64,000 nt of DNA, taken from positions 506,905 to 570,904 of the forward strand of contig CAVZDB010000008.1 of NCBI GenBank assembly GCA_963773905.1, given 5' to 3'. The DNA comes from an uncultured Acidobacteriota bacterium. GTDB lineage: Bacteria; Acidobacteriota; Thermoanaerobaculia; UBA5066; Gp7-AA6. The number at the start of each line of letters is the position of its first letter. Position 1 is the stretch's first letter. Positions 19,789-28,467 of the stretch are shown here, in pieces. The notes beneath the pieces were generated by a model, which saw only the letters and a program-made list of their open reading frames with translations, ran no database searches and had not been told where the DNA came from. The translations under genes were made by a program, and so were the position numbers.

Positions 19789-21491
19789 GGAACCGGCCGC
19801 GGGGCGACTTCGGCAGCGCTCGGATCCTCCGGCGCGGCGTCCGGAGACGGGGTCCCGCGCACGTAGACGGTCTGGCTCGGGAATGCCACGGAGGTCCCGG
19901 CCTTCTCCACGATCTCGAGGATCCGCAGGAGCAGATCCTCCTGCACGGCCAGGAACTCGACGAGCGTGGCGGCCCGCACGTACGCGAACACGTCGACGTC
20001 GAGGGAGGATGCGCCGAGGCGCGCGAAGCGGGTCCGCGCATCCTCCGAGTCCACCCGGGGGTCGGCCTCCAGGAGAGCGCGGATCTCCTCCAGCACCCGC
20101 CGCATCTGGGCCGGCGTCGTCTCGTACGCGAGGCCCAGAGTCGGATGGAACCAGAACTTGTCGCGCCGGGACAGGTTCTCGATCAGACCGTTGGCCACCG
20201 TGCCGTTGGGGATGCTGACCACGACGCGCTCGTTGGTGCGCAGACGCGTCGCCCAGAGCGTGATGTCCTCGATCTCCCCGAGCTGGCCCGCGATGCGGCA
20301 GGTGTCCCCGACCCGCACGGTCTGGTTGGCGAGGATCGCGAGGCCGCCGAAGACGTTCTCGAGGCTCTTCTGGGCGGCGAACGCGAGCACCAGGCCGCCG
20401 ATGCCGAGACCCGCGATCGAGGCCGTGACGTTGACGCCGTAGGCCGACAGCGCGATGAGCGCCACGATCACGAAGGCGAGGAAGCGCAGGGCGCCGCGCG
20501 CGAGGCTGAGCGTCGGACGGCCGGCGGCCTGTCCGTACGGCATGATGCGGCGCAGAAGGTGCGCGTCGATCACGTCGATGAGCCGGTAGAGGAGCCAGAG
20601 GAGGCCCACGAAGAGGAGCACGTTGAGAACGCGGCTGTAGTACACGCGGTACAGGATCGGGACTCCGAGCCACGCCATCACGAAGCGGTGCAGGAACAGC
20701 GTGAGGATGACGGTGGCCGGGATGCGGGCGCCGCTGACCCGGTCGCGGGCACCGGGCACGGCCGGCGTGCGCCGGATACGTCGCACGACCCAGAGGAGCC
20801 CGGCGATGACCAGCCACGACACGCCGTAGAGGACCGGCAGGACGAGGAAGAACGCGAGGACCTGCCAGAGCGCAATGCTTCCGATCCGCGCCTCCTGGAG
20901 CACCGGCGGCAGGATCCGCTCGAGTTGCGGAAAGCGCCCGTGCTCGTAGAGCGCTCGCGCCTCCGACACGGTGTCCCACGAGAAGAGCCAGATCGGCGGG
21001 CCCTCCTTCGGCTGCTGGCGCACGAGGAGGACGTCGAACCGGCCGCGCTCGCCCAGCAATGAGCCGACGCTCTCGATCGCGGCGGGCAGACCGTCGTTGA
21101 TGTTTCCATCCCGAGCGCTGCTGATCTGATCGACCCGGGGGTTGACGAACCGGTGGTCGAGAACCGACTGGAACTCCCGCGCGATCTGCTCGCGCTGCGC
21201 GAGCAAAGCCGGCGGGATCTTGAGGTACTCCGCCGCGTTCGCATAGCGCCCGCCGCCGGCGGCGTGGAGGAACCCGAAGAAGGTCCCCCGGGGCGTCTCG
21301 CGCCCGTACGGATCCCGCGTCTCCTCGGCGGCCTCCGCCGGCGTCGAGCTCCCGCCCATTCCCGGCAGCTGAGGCTCGGCGAGCGCCGCCGCGGCGCCGC
21401 CGCACAGCGCCATCAGACCGGCCGCGCAGAGCCCGAGGGCCCGGAGGAGTCCCCGCCCGCGGCGGCGAATCGAGCGTCGAGGCTCGGCCAT
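19785..21491 (-). CDS. Mechanosensitive ion channel family protein (MscS-like, large periplasmic N-domain)
   Basis: Signal/TM N-terminus starting at MAEPRRS (ATG at 21491), then multiple TM helices and the MscS core 'TVRVGDTCRIAGQLGEIEDITLWATRLRTNERVVVSIPNG'. Confidence 0.8.
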   Translation of the reverse strand: MAEPRRSIRRRGRGLLRALGLCAAGLMALCGGAAAALAEPQLPGMGGSSTPAEAAEETRDPYGRETPRGTFFGFLHAAGGGRYANAAEYLKIPPALLAQREQIAREFQSVLDHRFVNPRVDQISSARDGNINDGLPAAIESVGSLLGERGRFDVLLVRQQPKEGPPIWLFSWDTVSEARALYEHGRFPQLERILPPVLQEARIGSIALWQVLAFFLVLPVLYGVSWLVIAGLLWVVRRIRRTPAVPGARDRVSGARIPATVILTLFLHRFVMAWLGVPILYRVYYSRVLNVLLFVGLLWLLYRLIDVIDAHLLRRIMPYGQAAGRPTLSLARGALRFLAFVIVALIALSAYGVNVTASIAGLGIGGLVLAFAAQKSLENVFGGLAILANQTVRVGDTCRIAGQLGEIEDITLWATRLRTNERVVVSIPNGTVANGLIENLSRRDKFWFHPTLGLAYETTPAQMRRVLEEIRALLEADPRVDSEDARTRFARLGASSLDVDVFAYVRAATLVEFLAVQEDLLLRILEIVEKAGTSVAFPSQTVYVRGTPSPDAAPEDPSAAEVAPRPVP

Positions 21492-21533
21492 GGGTGCGCC
21501 GAGTCTATCGCCCGGGCGACGTAGAATCCGGCC

Positions 21534-22871
21534 ATGCGACGAGGCCCCTCGGGCATTCTCCGACGGGCGCTCGGGATCCTCGCCTCCGGCGCGATGCTGG
21601 CCGGCCTCTGCGGCTGCGCGTATTTGCAGTGGAGGTCGGCCAAGCAACAGCAGCGCCAGCAACTCCGGAAGAATCCCGCCGACCTCGCCCTCGCGCGCGA
21701 CTACGCGCCGCAGGATTGCTTCGGCCTTGTCGGCCGGGTCCAGCTGCCGGAGCATCCCCGTCCGCTCCTCGCGGCGGCCTTCAGCCATGAGAAGACCGTG
21801 GCCCTGGTCGGCTGGGCCACCGTCGATCTCAAGAGAGGCTACTTCGCGATTCTCCTGCCCTCGGGCAGCTACGATCTGCTCTTCTTCGCCGACCAGGACG
21901 GAGACGGGCTGTACCTGACCGGCGAGGTCGTCGGGCGAACAGCGCCGGACTCACCGATCCCGGTGAACGCCGCGACGGCCGCGGACGGGATCGCGGTCGA
22001 GGCGCCGGACGTCGCGATCGACGTCGAGAACCGGACCGCGGCGCCGATCCCGGTGCGCGTGACGGTCAACCCGCAGCCCTCGGTGGTCGAGTCGGTCGAC
22101 GATCCGATCTTCTCGGCCGATCTCGGATCGCTCGGCGTCTACTATCCGAGCCGCTTCCTCGCGCGGACGCAGCGCTGGCTGTTCTCCATCGGGGTTCCCG
22201 ATTTTGCCAAGACGCAGGTCGTGCTCGTGCACGGAATCAACGGCACGCCGCGGGACTTCCGCTCCCTCATCGCCGCGCTCGACCGGGACCGCTACGAGGT
22301 CTGGCTCTTCTACTACCCGTCGGGGCTGTCGCTCGACCAGCTCGGCAATGCCCTCGCCAGCACGGTTCGCCGGCTCGCGGCGGGATCCGGAGCGCCGAGA
22401 CCGCGCGTGGCGATCGTCGCGCACAGCCTGGGAGGGCTCGTCGGCCGCCGCGCGGTGAACCAGCTGTGCGCCGACGGGCGGCCCGCCTACCTCCGGATGT
22501 ACGCCTCCTTCGACACGCCGTACGGCGGAGTGGAGTCCGCCGCCGGGGCGGTCCGCAGGGGAACCGAGCTCGTCCCGTCCTGGATCGACGTCGCCGCGGG
22601 CAGCCCGTTTCTGACGAGACTCCACGCGACGCCGCTGCCGCCGGATTTGCCCTTCGCTCTCTTCTTCGGATGGGGCGACAGCCGCGGCAGCGGCCCGAGC
22701 CCCGCCGGCGACGGAACGATCAGCCTCGCGAGTCAGCTCGACCCGCGGGTGCAGGACGCCGCGACCACGATGTCCGGCTTCGGAGACACGCACGTCGGCA
22801 TCCTCTCGGATCCGAAGGCGCTCGAGGCGCTGGCGCGGGCGCTGGATGCGGCGACGGCGGAAAAGCGCTAA
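21534..22871 (+). CDS. Alpha/beta-hydrolase lipoprotein (lipase/esterase-like)
   Basis: Lipobox 'LAGLCGC'; 'VVLVHGINGTPRDF' and nucleophile elbow 'VAHSLGG'. TAGAAT at 21519-21524 lies only 9 nt from the ATG. Confidence 0.75.
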   Translation: MRRGPSGILRRALGILASGAMLAGLCGCAYLQWRSAKQQQRQQLRKNPADLALARDYAPQDCFGLVGRVQLPEHPRPLLAAAFSHEKTVALVGWATVDLKRGYFAILLPSGSYDLLFFADQDGDGLYLTGEVVGRTAPDSPIPVNAATAADGIAVEAPDVAIDVENRTAAPIPVRVTVNPQPSVVESVDDPIFSADLGSLGVYYPSRFLARTQRWLFSIGVPDFAKTQVVLVHGINGTPRDFRSLIAALDRDRYEVWLFYYPSGLSLDQLGNALASTVRRLAAGSGAPRPRVAIVAHSLGGLVGRRAVNQLCADGRPAYLRMYASFDTPYGGVESAAGAVRRGTELVPSWIDVAAGSPFLTRLHATPLPPDLPFALFFGWGDSRGSGPSPAGDGTISLASQLDPRVQDAATTMSGFGDTHVGILSDPKALEALARALDAATAEKR

Positions 22872-22919
22872 GCGCTGAAGAGGGCGTGGCGCGCGCGCCG
22901 CGCGATGGGCGAGCGAGCC

Positions 22920-23373
22920 CTACTTCATCGGGGGGATGCGGGAGGTCGTGGTGATCTGCTTCACTCGGCCGCACCGGCACGCGCGCGAGTAGGTCTCGCC
23001 GACGCTCGCGCCCACGTCCACTCGATTCAGGGCCGCGCAGCGGTCGCAGGTCCACTCGACGGTGCGCACCTGCGAGCCCACGTAGTCGTGCCAGAACTGG
23101 AGACAGCTGCCGAGCCCCGACCAGGCTTCGAACACGGTGGTCTCCCCGTTGTCGGGTCGGAGGGCCTGGCGGATCGCCGCGACCTCGTTGGCGGAGTGCA
23201 GGTCGAAGTGAGCCAGCCGTCCCCGGAGGGCGGCGTCCGTCAGCGCTCCGACCTTTCGGGGAGGACGAGTCCCGTTCGAGGCGTCGATCGTCAGCACGAC
23301 GAGCCCGGGGGATTCGTCGACGCGGGGAAGCCGGCGCAGTCCGAGGGCGAAGACCTGCTTGGCCTTCATCACG
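22920..23373 (-). CDS. Hypothetical Cys-rich protein (150 aa)
   Basis: Start at internal Met (MKAKQVF...). The C-terminal 'CDRC...CRC' pair resembles a Zn ribbon. Overlaps the upstream gene by ATGA. Confidence 0.5.
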
Positions 23374-23875
23374 ATTCGATGCCCTCCGCGCGGGCGCCGA
23401 GGACGACCTCGGCGAAGTCCCGGGTCGCCGTGCGAAGCCGGCGCGCGGCCGCGCGGCGCGGATCGGCGACCCATTCCCCCGCTTCGTCCACGACCAGGGT
23501 GAGGGCGGGCGGAACCTCGCCGTCGAGCTCTCGCGCGAGGTCCTGCAGCCAGAGGAGGGCGAGCTGGGCGATCTCCCGGTCGAACGCCACGCCGTCCCAG
23601 GCCAGATTGCGCCGAGCGCCGATGATCCACTCGAGGTTGGCGTGGGCTTCCGTCGGGGACACGAGCCCGCGGGCCTCCGCATACTGGTCGCTCAGCCGCG
23701 AGAGCGCCTGGCTCCGAAGCCGCTCGTCGTCCGAGGCGGTCTCGGCCGGAGGATCGAGGCGGGCGCGGTGAGCGCACACTTCGCAGGTGGCCATGTCGTC
23801 GGCCGCGGCGGCGCCCTCGTTCCAGAGGCCGCACTGGCGACACTTCCACTTCCGCAGGATGGGATCCATGTGCAT
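23369..23875 (-). CDS. Hypothetical protein with N-terminal zinc-ribbon (168 aa)
   Basis: 'CRQCG...CEVC' in the first 35 aa. It is translationally coupled to the downstream gene. Confidence 0.5.
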   Translation of the reverse strand: MHMDPILRKWKCRQCGLWNEGAAAADDMATCEVCAHRARLDPPAETASDDERLRSQALSRLSDQYAEARGLVSPTEAHANLEWIIGARRNLAWDGVAFDREIAQLALLWLQDLARELDGEVPPALTLVVDEAGEWVADPRRAAARRLRTATRDFAEVVLGARAEGIES

Positions 23876-24000
23876 CTCGCCTTTGTCTCGCCGAAGGAAC
23901 CGGCGACGGGCGTCTTGGGAAGTGCACGCGTCCGTCGGAGGAGATCGGAGATTCGTAGCTTAACACGCCGTGCGGGCAGCGCTTCGCCGGGAGGACGTAA

Positions 24001-24025
24001 TGGCGGCCGACGGGACTCGAGCCGG
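24001..24025 (-). repeat. Direct repeat of the tRNA-Asp 3' end (att-like scar)
   Basis: 'tggcggccgacgggactcgagccgg' matches 26829-26855 'tggcggggccgacgggactcgaacccg' (23/25 identical with a 2-nt gap) in the same orientation. Confidence 0.55.
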
Positions 24026-24168
24026 AGGCTTCCCGTCTTACTCCAGTCAGGTCAAGGGTCGAGTATTCGGCTGCCCATGCTTCAGTTCCTCTCGCTGCTC
24101 CGCGCCCGCGCCGCGTCGCGTTCCGAGAGGTTCAACCGCCGCGTTGTCTACTTCTTCTCGAGCAACCC

Positions 24169-26508
24169 TCAAGGAAGAGAGAAGGTCTTCGTCACGAAGA
24201 CGGCCATCTGATCGCGAAGGACGGGATCGCCGGGGCAGAAAATGTCATTGCCGCAGCCCGCGGTGATCAGTTCGATGAAGAGCTGACTGATCCAGTCTGC
24301 GTACTGGGACGGGCAAGGGACGTCGGTGAAGAAGGGGTGACACGGTGGCGGCACGTAGGAAGCGCCGTGATGGGCTTTGAGCAGAAAAACCGCCATTTGC
24401 TCCCGGAGCACGGGGTCCGCGGGGCAGTAATTGCCTCCGCCGCAGCCGGCGGTGATGCCCTCCGCCGCGAGAGCTTCGATCCAGGGCGCAAATTGACTGG
24501 GGCAGGGCACGTCCGTGAAGACGCCCGAGCAGGGGGGCGGCGTGTAACACGCGCCGTGCCTGCCCTTGAGCAGGAAGACGGCCATCTGCTCGCGCAGAGT
24601 CGGATCGGTGCCCCCGTAGTTACCGTTACCCACGCCCGCCGCGACAGCGTTGCTCACCAGGTGCACGACGGCGTCGTGGAATTGATTGCTGGGAGGCATG
24701 TCCGCAAAGTCGGTCAGCCAGCCGTTCGGGAGCGTGCTCGACAGCCCGCTGGGGACGGCGACGGTAAGATCGTGGAGCGTCCCGGCCGGAAATGCCGGAA
24801 TGGTCGCCGTGATCGTCGTCTTGCTCGTGGCCGCGACATTCGTGGCGGGAACTCCGCCAACGGTGACGGTCGCGCCGATCTCGAACTCCATCCCCTTGAC
24901 CGTCACGCTCGTCGTCTGCCCCGCGGGGCCAGACAGCGGCGCCACCGTGAAAACGAGCCGCTGCGAGAACTCCGAGGTGTTCCCCTCGGGGTCGGTGGCG
25001 GTCGCGGTCACGAGCTGACCGGCGGACAGAACCACGGGAACGTCGGCGGCGAATGTGGCATTACCGAATCCGTCCGTCATGACGGACAGCGAGGTGAGGT
25101 AGGTCTCCCCCTCGAGAGGAGCGCGCGGCCGTGGCGGGCAGGCCGGGTTCGAGAAGAGGTCGATGCCGTAGGCCAATGAGGCCTTGCTGTTGAGCTTTCC
25201 TTCGATGTGGGTCGTCGACACTCCCGGCGTCACGCTCGTGACGATCGGGAAGTTCTGCAAACCGTTCGGGCCGTCGTCGACGTCGTTGGCGTCGTTCACG
25301 GTGATGAAATTGCCGTTGCCGTTGGAGTCTTCGAGATCGATGCCGATCGGGGCGTTTTCGAAGACACGGTTTCCTCGGATCGTCACCTGGCTGGCGAAGA
25401 CGTAGACGCCCGACTGATAACCGCCCTTGTTGAACGCGATGACATTTCCCTCTCCGGGTCCGGTTCCACCGATCAGAACGCCGTCGCTGAATACGGCGAT
25501 GCCGCCGCCCTCGCTGCCGGCGTTTTTTCCGAGATCGATCGTCGCGGTCTCGTCGGTGCCGATGAAGTTGCCCTGGATGACGGCGGCGATGGGTGCGGGG
25601 CCACCGACCACGATTCCGGTGCTCGTTGCGGCGATGACGTTGCCCTTGATCGTCGCGCCGTGGCCTCCCTGGATCATGATGCCCGAGCCGAGGACGGGTT
25701 TCGTCCCGGTGACGTCGGTGCCCATGTAGTTCCCCAGAATCTGGACTTGATCGGCTCCGTCCTGGACGATGATCCCTGTCCCGGAAATCACGTTTCGATC
25801 CTCAGGCGTATTCCCTCCGATGATCACGCCGGCAGAGCCAAATACCCACATCCCGAGGAGAGACTGGCCGAGCGGAGCGTTACCCGCAGCGTTGATTCCG
25901 ATGAAGTTTCCTTGGATCAGGGTGGCCGTGGCGTTGGCACCGAGAAAGGCCTCGGCGAGGACGTTGCCGCCGAGGACCCTGACGCCGACCGCGTTGTCGA
26001 TGAAGAGCCCACCCCCCGTCCAAGTGCTTCCGGACGCGTCGGTCCCGATGTAATTTCCGCTGAGGATCGCCCCGTCACTTCCTCCCGTGAAATGAATTCC
26101 CGGGACCACGAGCCCGGATACGACCATTTGGGGAAAGACTCCGCCGTTGCCCGCATTGACCTGGAGGGGCGGGCCGGTGATCTCGATCAAGAGGACGGAA
26201 TTCAAGCCGCTCCCCGGGGGAGCCGTGTTGGCGGCGGCACCCGGTTGAGAGTAGCCCTCGATGGCGACGGGCTGAGTGATGGGAGGCAGAGGCGACAGGG
26301 CCGCGATCGTCTGCACGCCGGTTCCGGGAATGTTGAAGTCGATCGTGTTGACGTCCATCGTGGCGTTCGAGTCGAGGATGGCCTGACGCAGCGAGCCCGG
26401 GCCGGAGTCGTTCGCATTCGTGACCAGGAACGTCGTGAAGGCATCGACGCGGGTGCTGAGAACGAGCAATGCCAGAAACGTCGAAACGAGGCGAAGGGAC
26501 GCTTTCAT
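24169..26508 (-). CDS. Secreted cell-surface protein: parallel beta-helix repeats, IPT/TIG-like domain and three C-terminal SLH domains
   Basis: Signal peptide 'MKASLRLVSTFLALLVLSTRVDA' (ATG at 26508). Gly/Asn-rich beta-helix repeats. Three repeats of 'F.DVPC...W/F..I..L...GIT.GCG.GNYCP.DPV.R.QMAVFL.K'. Confidence 0.8.
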   Translation of the reverse strand: MKASLRLVSTFLALLVLSTRVDAFTTFLVTNANDSGPGSLRQAILDSNATMDVNTIDFNIPGTGVQTIAALSPLPPITQPVAIEGYSQPGAAANTAPPGSGLNSVLLIEITGPPLQVNAGNGGVFPQMVVSGLVVPGIHFTGGSDGAILSGNYIGTDASGSTWTGGGLFIDNAVGVRVLGGNVLAEAFLGANATATLIQGNFIGINAAGNAPLGQSLLGMWVFGSAGVIIGGNTPEDRNVISGTGIIVQDGADQVQILGNYMGTDVTGTKPVLGSGIMIQGGHGATIKGNVIAATSTGIVVGGPAPIAAVIQGNFIGTDETATIDLGKNAGSEGGGIAVFSDGVLIGGTGPGEGNVIAFNKGGYQSGVYVFASQVTIRGNRVFENAPIGIDLEDSNGNGNFITVNDANDVDDGPNGLQNFPIVTSVTPGVSTTHIEGKLNSKASLAYGIDLFSNPACPPRPRAPLEGETYLTSLSVMTDGFGNATFAADVPVVLSAGQLVTATATDPEGNTSEFSQRLVFTVAPLSGPAGQTTSVTVKGMEFEIGATVTVGGVPATNVAATSKTTITATIPAFPAGTLHDLTVAVPSGLSSTLPNGWLTDFADMPPSNQFHDAVVHLVSNAVAAGVGNGNYGGTDPTLREQMAVFLLKGRHGACYTPPPCSGVFTDVPCPSQFAPWIEALAAEGITAGCGGGNYCPADPVLREQMAVFLLKAHHGASYVPPPCHPFFTDVPCPSQYADWISQLFIELITAGCGNDIFCPGDPVLRDQMAVFVTKTFSLP

Positions 26509-26828
26509 GGCCACCTCGGGGCGAGTCGACAGAGGCCGCTCTGCGATTCCGCGATCCGCCCGCGATGATATTCCAAAGGCCGCGCGGCGGACCTGCCCGA
26601 AGGGTTCAGTTTTGAGCGACCGCTCGTGCCGGCGCCGTGGCGGCGCTCCGGCTTCCGTTGGTCCGACACTCCTCTCTATTGCCGGCGCGCGAGGAAGGCC
26701 ACCCGAACGATGACGAGGCCGAGCCGAAAAACCGTCCCGACGCATGCGCTCGCCCGCTCCGCGCCGAGACATCGAGGATGCGCGCCAGGAGAAGAGCGGG
26801 ACCGAAGGACGGCTCGTCACCAAAGAAG

Positions 26829-26905
<77 letters not shown>

Positions 26906-27048
26906 GCGTCGTCATCGACGCAGACCCCGCATCGTCACCGATGCAGAGCCCGTGTCGAGTGAACGGCGCATGATACCGGAACGGGCTCGGCAGTCAAGGC
27001 GAGCCGGGCGTCGGAGAGCGGAGGCTCGAGGAAGACGGAGCCCGCTAC

Positions 27049-27112
27049 GGGACGACGTGATGCGTCCCTAAGGGACGACGTGATGCGTCCCTAAGGGACG
27101 ACGTGGAAGACG
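27049..27112. repeat. 23-bp tandem duplication (2 full copies + partial) containing a 6-bp-stem palindrome
   Basis: Unit 'gggacgacgtgatgcgtccctaa' at 27049-27071 and 27072-27094; a partial third copy at 27095 onward is the last codons (FHVVP*) of the gene at 27091..28407. Confidence 0.8.
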
Positions 27113-28407
27113 CCGATCATACCCTCGTGCTGATCAGAGGTGCCGCACGAGGTGTTCTTACACGAAAAGGTGTAGTCGCCGGGAGTCGATGGGCTGAACG
27201 TGAACGGTCCCCTGTTCTGGCCCTGCGGAATGATCTTGTCCGGGAGTCCGAATGCGGGAACCCCGTTGAATTCGTGCGACTGCGTGACGTCGGAGGAATC
27301 GCGGTTGAGGATCCACAACGTGTAGGTCTTGCCGGCCTGCAGGGTGATTTCAGTCAGCGGCGCATTTGGGCGCGGCACGGGCTGGCAAGGCGCGTACGGA
27401 GTGACGAGAGCGCAGGGGCCGCCGTTCGGGTCGAACCAGAAGTTCCACTGCCAGCTGATGACCTGCAGCACGATGAACCCCGGTCCCGGCGTCGGCGTGA
27501 GCGTCGGCGTGGGCGTGATCGTGGGCGTCGGCGTGATCGTCGGCGTCGGGGTCGCCGTCTTCGTCGGCCCCTTGGTGGGCGTCCTGGTGCGCGTGGGCGA
27601 CGGACCGTTCGGGATCGTCGGCACGGCGGTCGGGCCCGAGCCCGAGCCGCGGTCGACCATGCGGCCGCCGGGATTGCGGGGCGCCGCGGGCTGGGGCGGC
27701 AGCCGCTCGCCGATGAGCTCCTCGTCCTGCGTCGGGCGCGCGGAGCCAGGCGCCGGAGTCGGCACGAAGGGGAAGCTTCCGGCGTCGAGACCGGCGTCGG
27801 GAGCGGAAGAATCCTTGCGGTATATCCGAACCTGTCCCGTGGCCAGGTCGCGCACGGTCAGCTCGAACGGGAGGGTGGTCAGGCTTCCCCAGAAGACCCA
27901 GTAGTGCCCGGCCCACTCCGCCTCCACGATCTTGACCTCGACCTCCGGGTTCTCGGCGTCTCCCGTGATCTCGGGGAAGCTGAAGAACCCGGAGCGGTCG
28001 CCCTGCGCGAAGGCGCGGCCCGCCGAGGGCCGCCCCGTCTCGGGGTCGTCGGCCTGCGCGGTGACCTCGAACGGATGCGCCGCATTCAACCGGAGCGTAT
28101 CGGCGGGCGTGACGATCACGGACACACGCCCGCTGGCACCGACGCCCGTGAGCTCGACCGCATAGGTGCCGGGCTCGTTCCAGCGGTGCGAGGCGACCGG
28201 CGTCTTTGCGGACTCGCCGTCGCCGAAGGTCCAGAAGACCGGATCACTCGAATCTGAGGAGTCGTCCCGCACCTCCACGGTCTGACCCGCGGAGGGGTTG
28301 GCGGGGGAGACGCGAATCGCCGGGCTTCTCTCGGAGGCCGCTCTCGCCAGCCAGGAGACGAGCGCCAGGAGCGGAACGGCGGCGACTCTACGCAGCGTAG
28401 GGGTCAT
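27091..28407 (-). CDS. Secreted protein: PKD-like domain, Pro/Thr linker, C-terminal cupredoxin-like domain
   Basis: Signal peptide; 'PTPTITPTPTITPTPTLTPTP' linker; C-terminal 'YTFSCKNTSCGTSDQHEGMIGVFHV' (Cys...His...Met copper-ligand spacing). Confidence 0.65.
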   Translation of the reverse strand: MTPTLRRVAAVPLLALVSWLARAASERSPAIRVSPANPSAGQTVEVRDDSSDSSDPVFWTFGDGESAKTPVASHRWNEPGTYAVELTGVGASGRVSVIVTPADTLRLNAAHPFEVTAQADDPETGRPSAGRAFAQGDRSGFFSFPEITGDAENPEVEVKIVEAEWAGHYWVFWGSLTTLPFELTVRDLATGQVRIYRKDSSAPDAGLDAGSFPFVPTPAPGSARPTQDEELIGERLPPQPAAPRNPGGRMVDRGSGSGPTAVPTIPNGPSPTRTRTPTKGPTKTATPTPTITPTPTITPTPTLTPTPGPGFIVLQVISWQWNFWFDPNGGPCALVTPYAPCQPVPRPNAPLTEITLQAGKTYTLWILNRDSSDVTQSHEFNGVPAFGLPDKIIPQGQNRGPFTFSPSTPGDYTFSCKNTSCGTSDQHEGMIGVFHVVP

Positions 28408-28467
28408 CGATCCGAAGGGTAAACGGAAACGGGGGCGGCTCGCGCCGCCCCCGTGACCGAGGACCTT

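Noticed and set aside
18720-21405. 780-aa plus-strand ORF 18720..21062 and 812-aa minus-strand ORF 18967..21405
   Set aside because: They overlap the membrane HExxH protein and the MscS gene in wrong frames; low-complexity translations
24001-24090. Possible second tRNA gene at the att-like repeat
   Set aside because: Only the T-arm/acceptor 3' half is recognisable (tcgagtcccgtcggcc); no matching 5' acceptor strand, D-arm or anticodon arm could be folded
27049-27112. CRISPR-like array (23-bp direct repeats) or (GATTTTG)n as CRISPR
   Set aside because: Only 2-4 contiguous copies with no spacers and no cas genes in the window; these are tandem duplications/microsatellite
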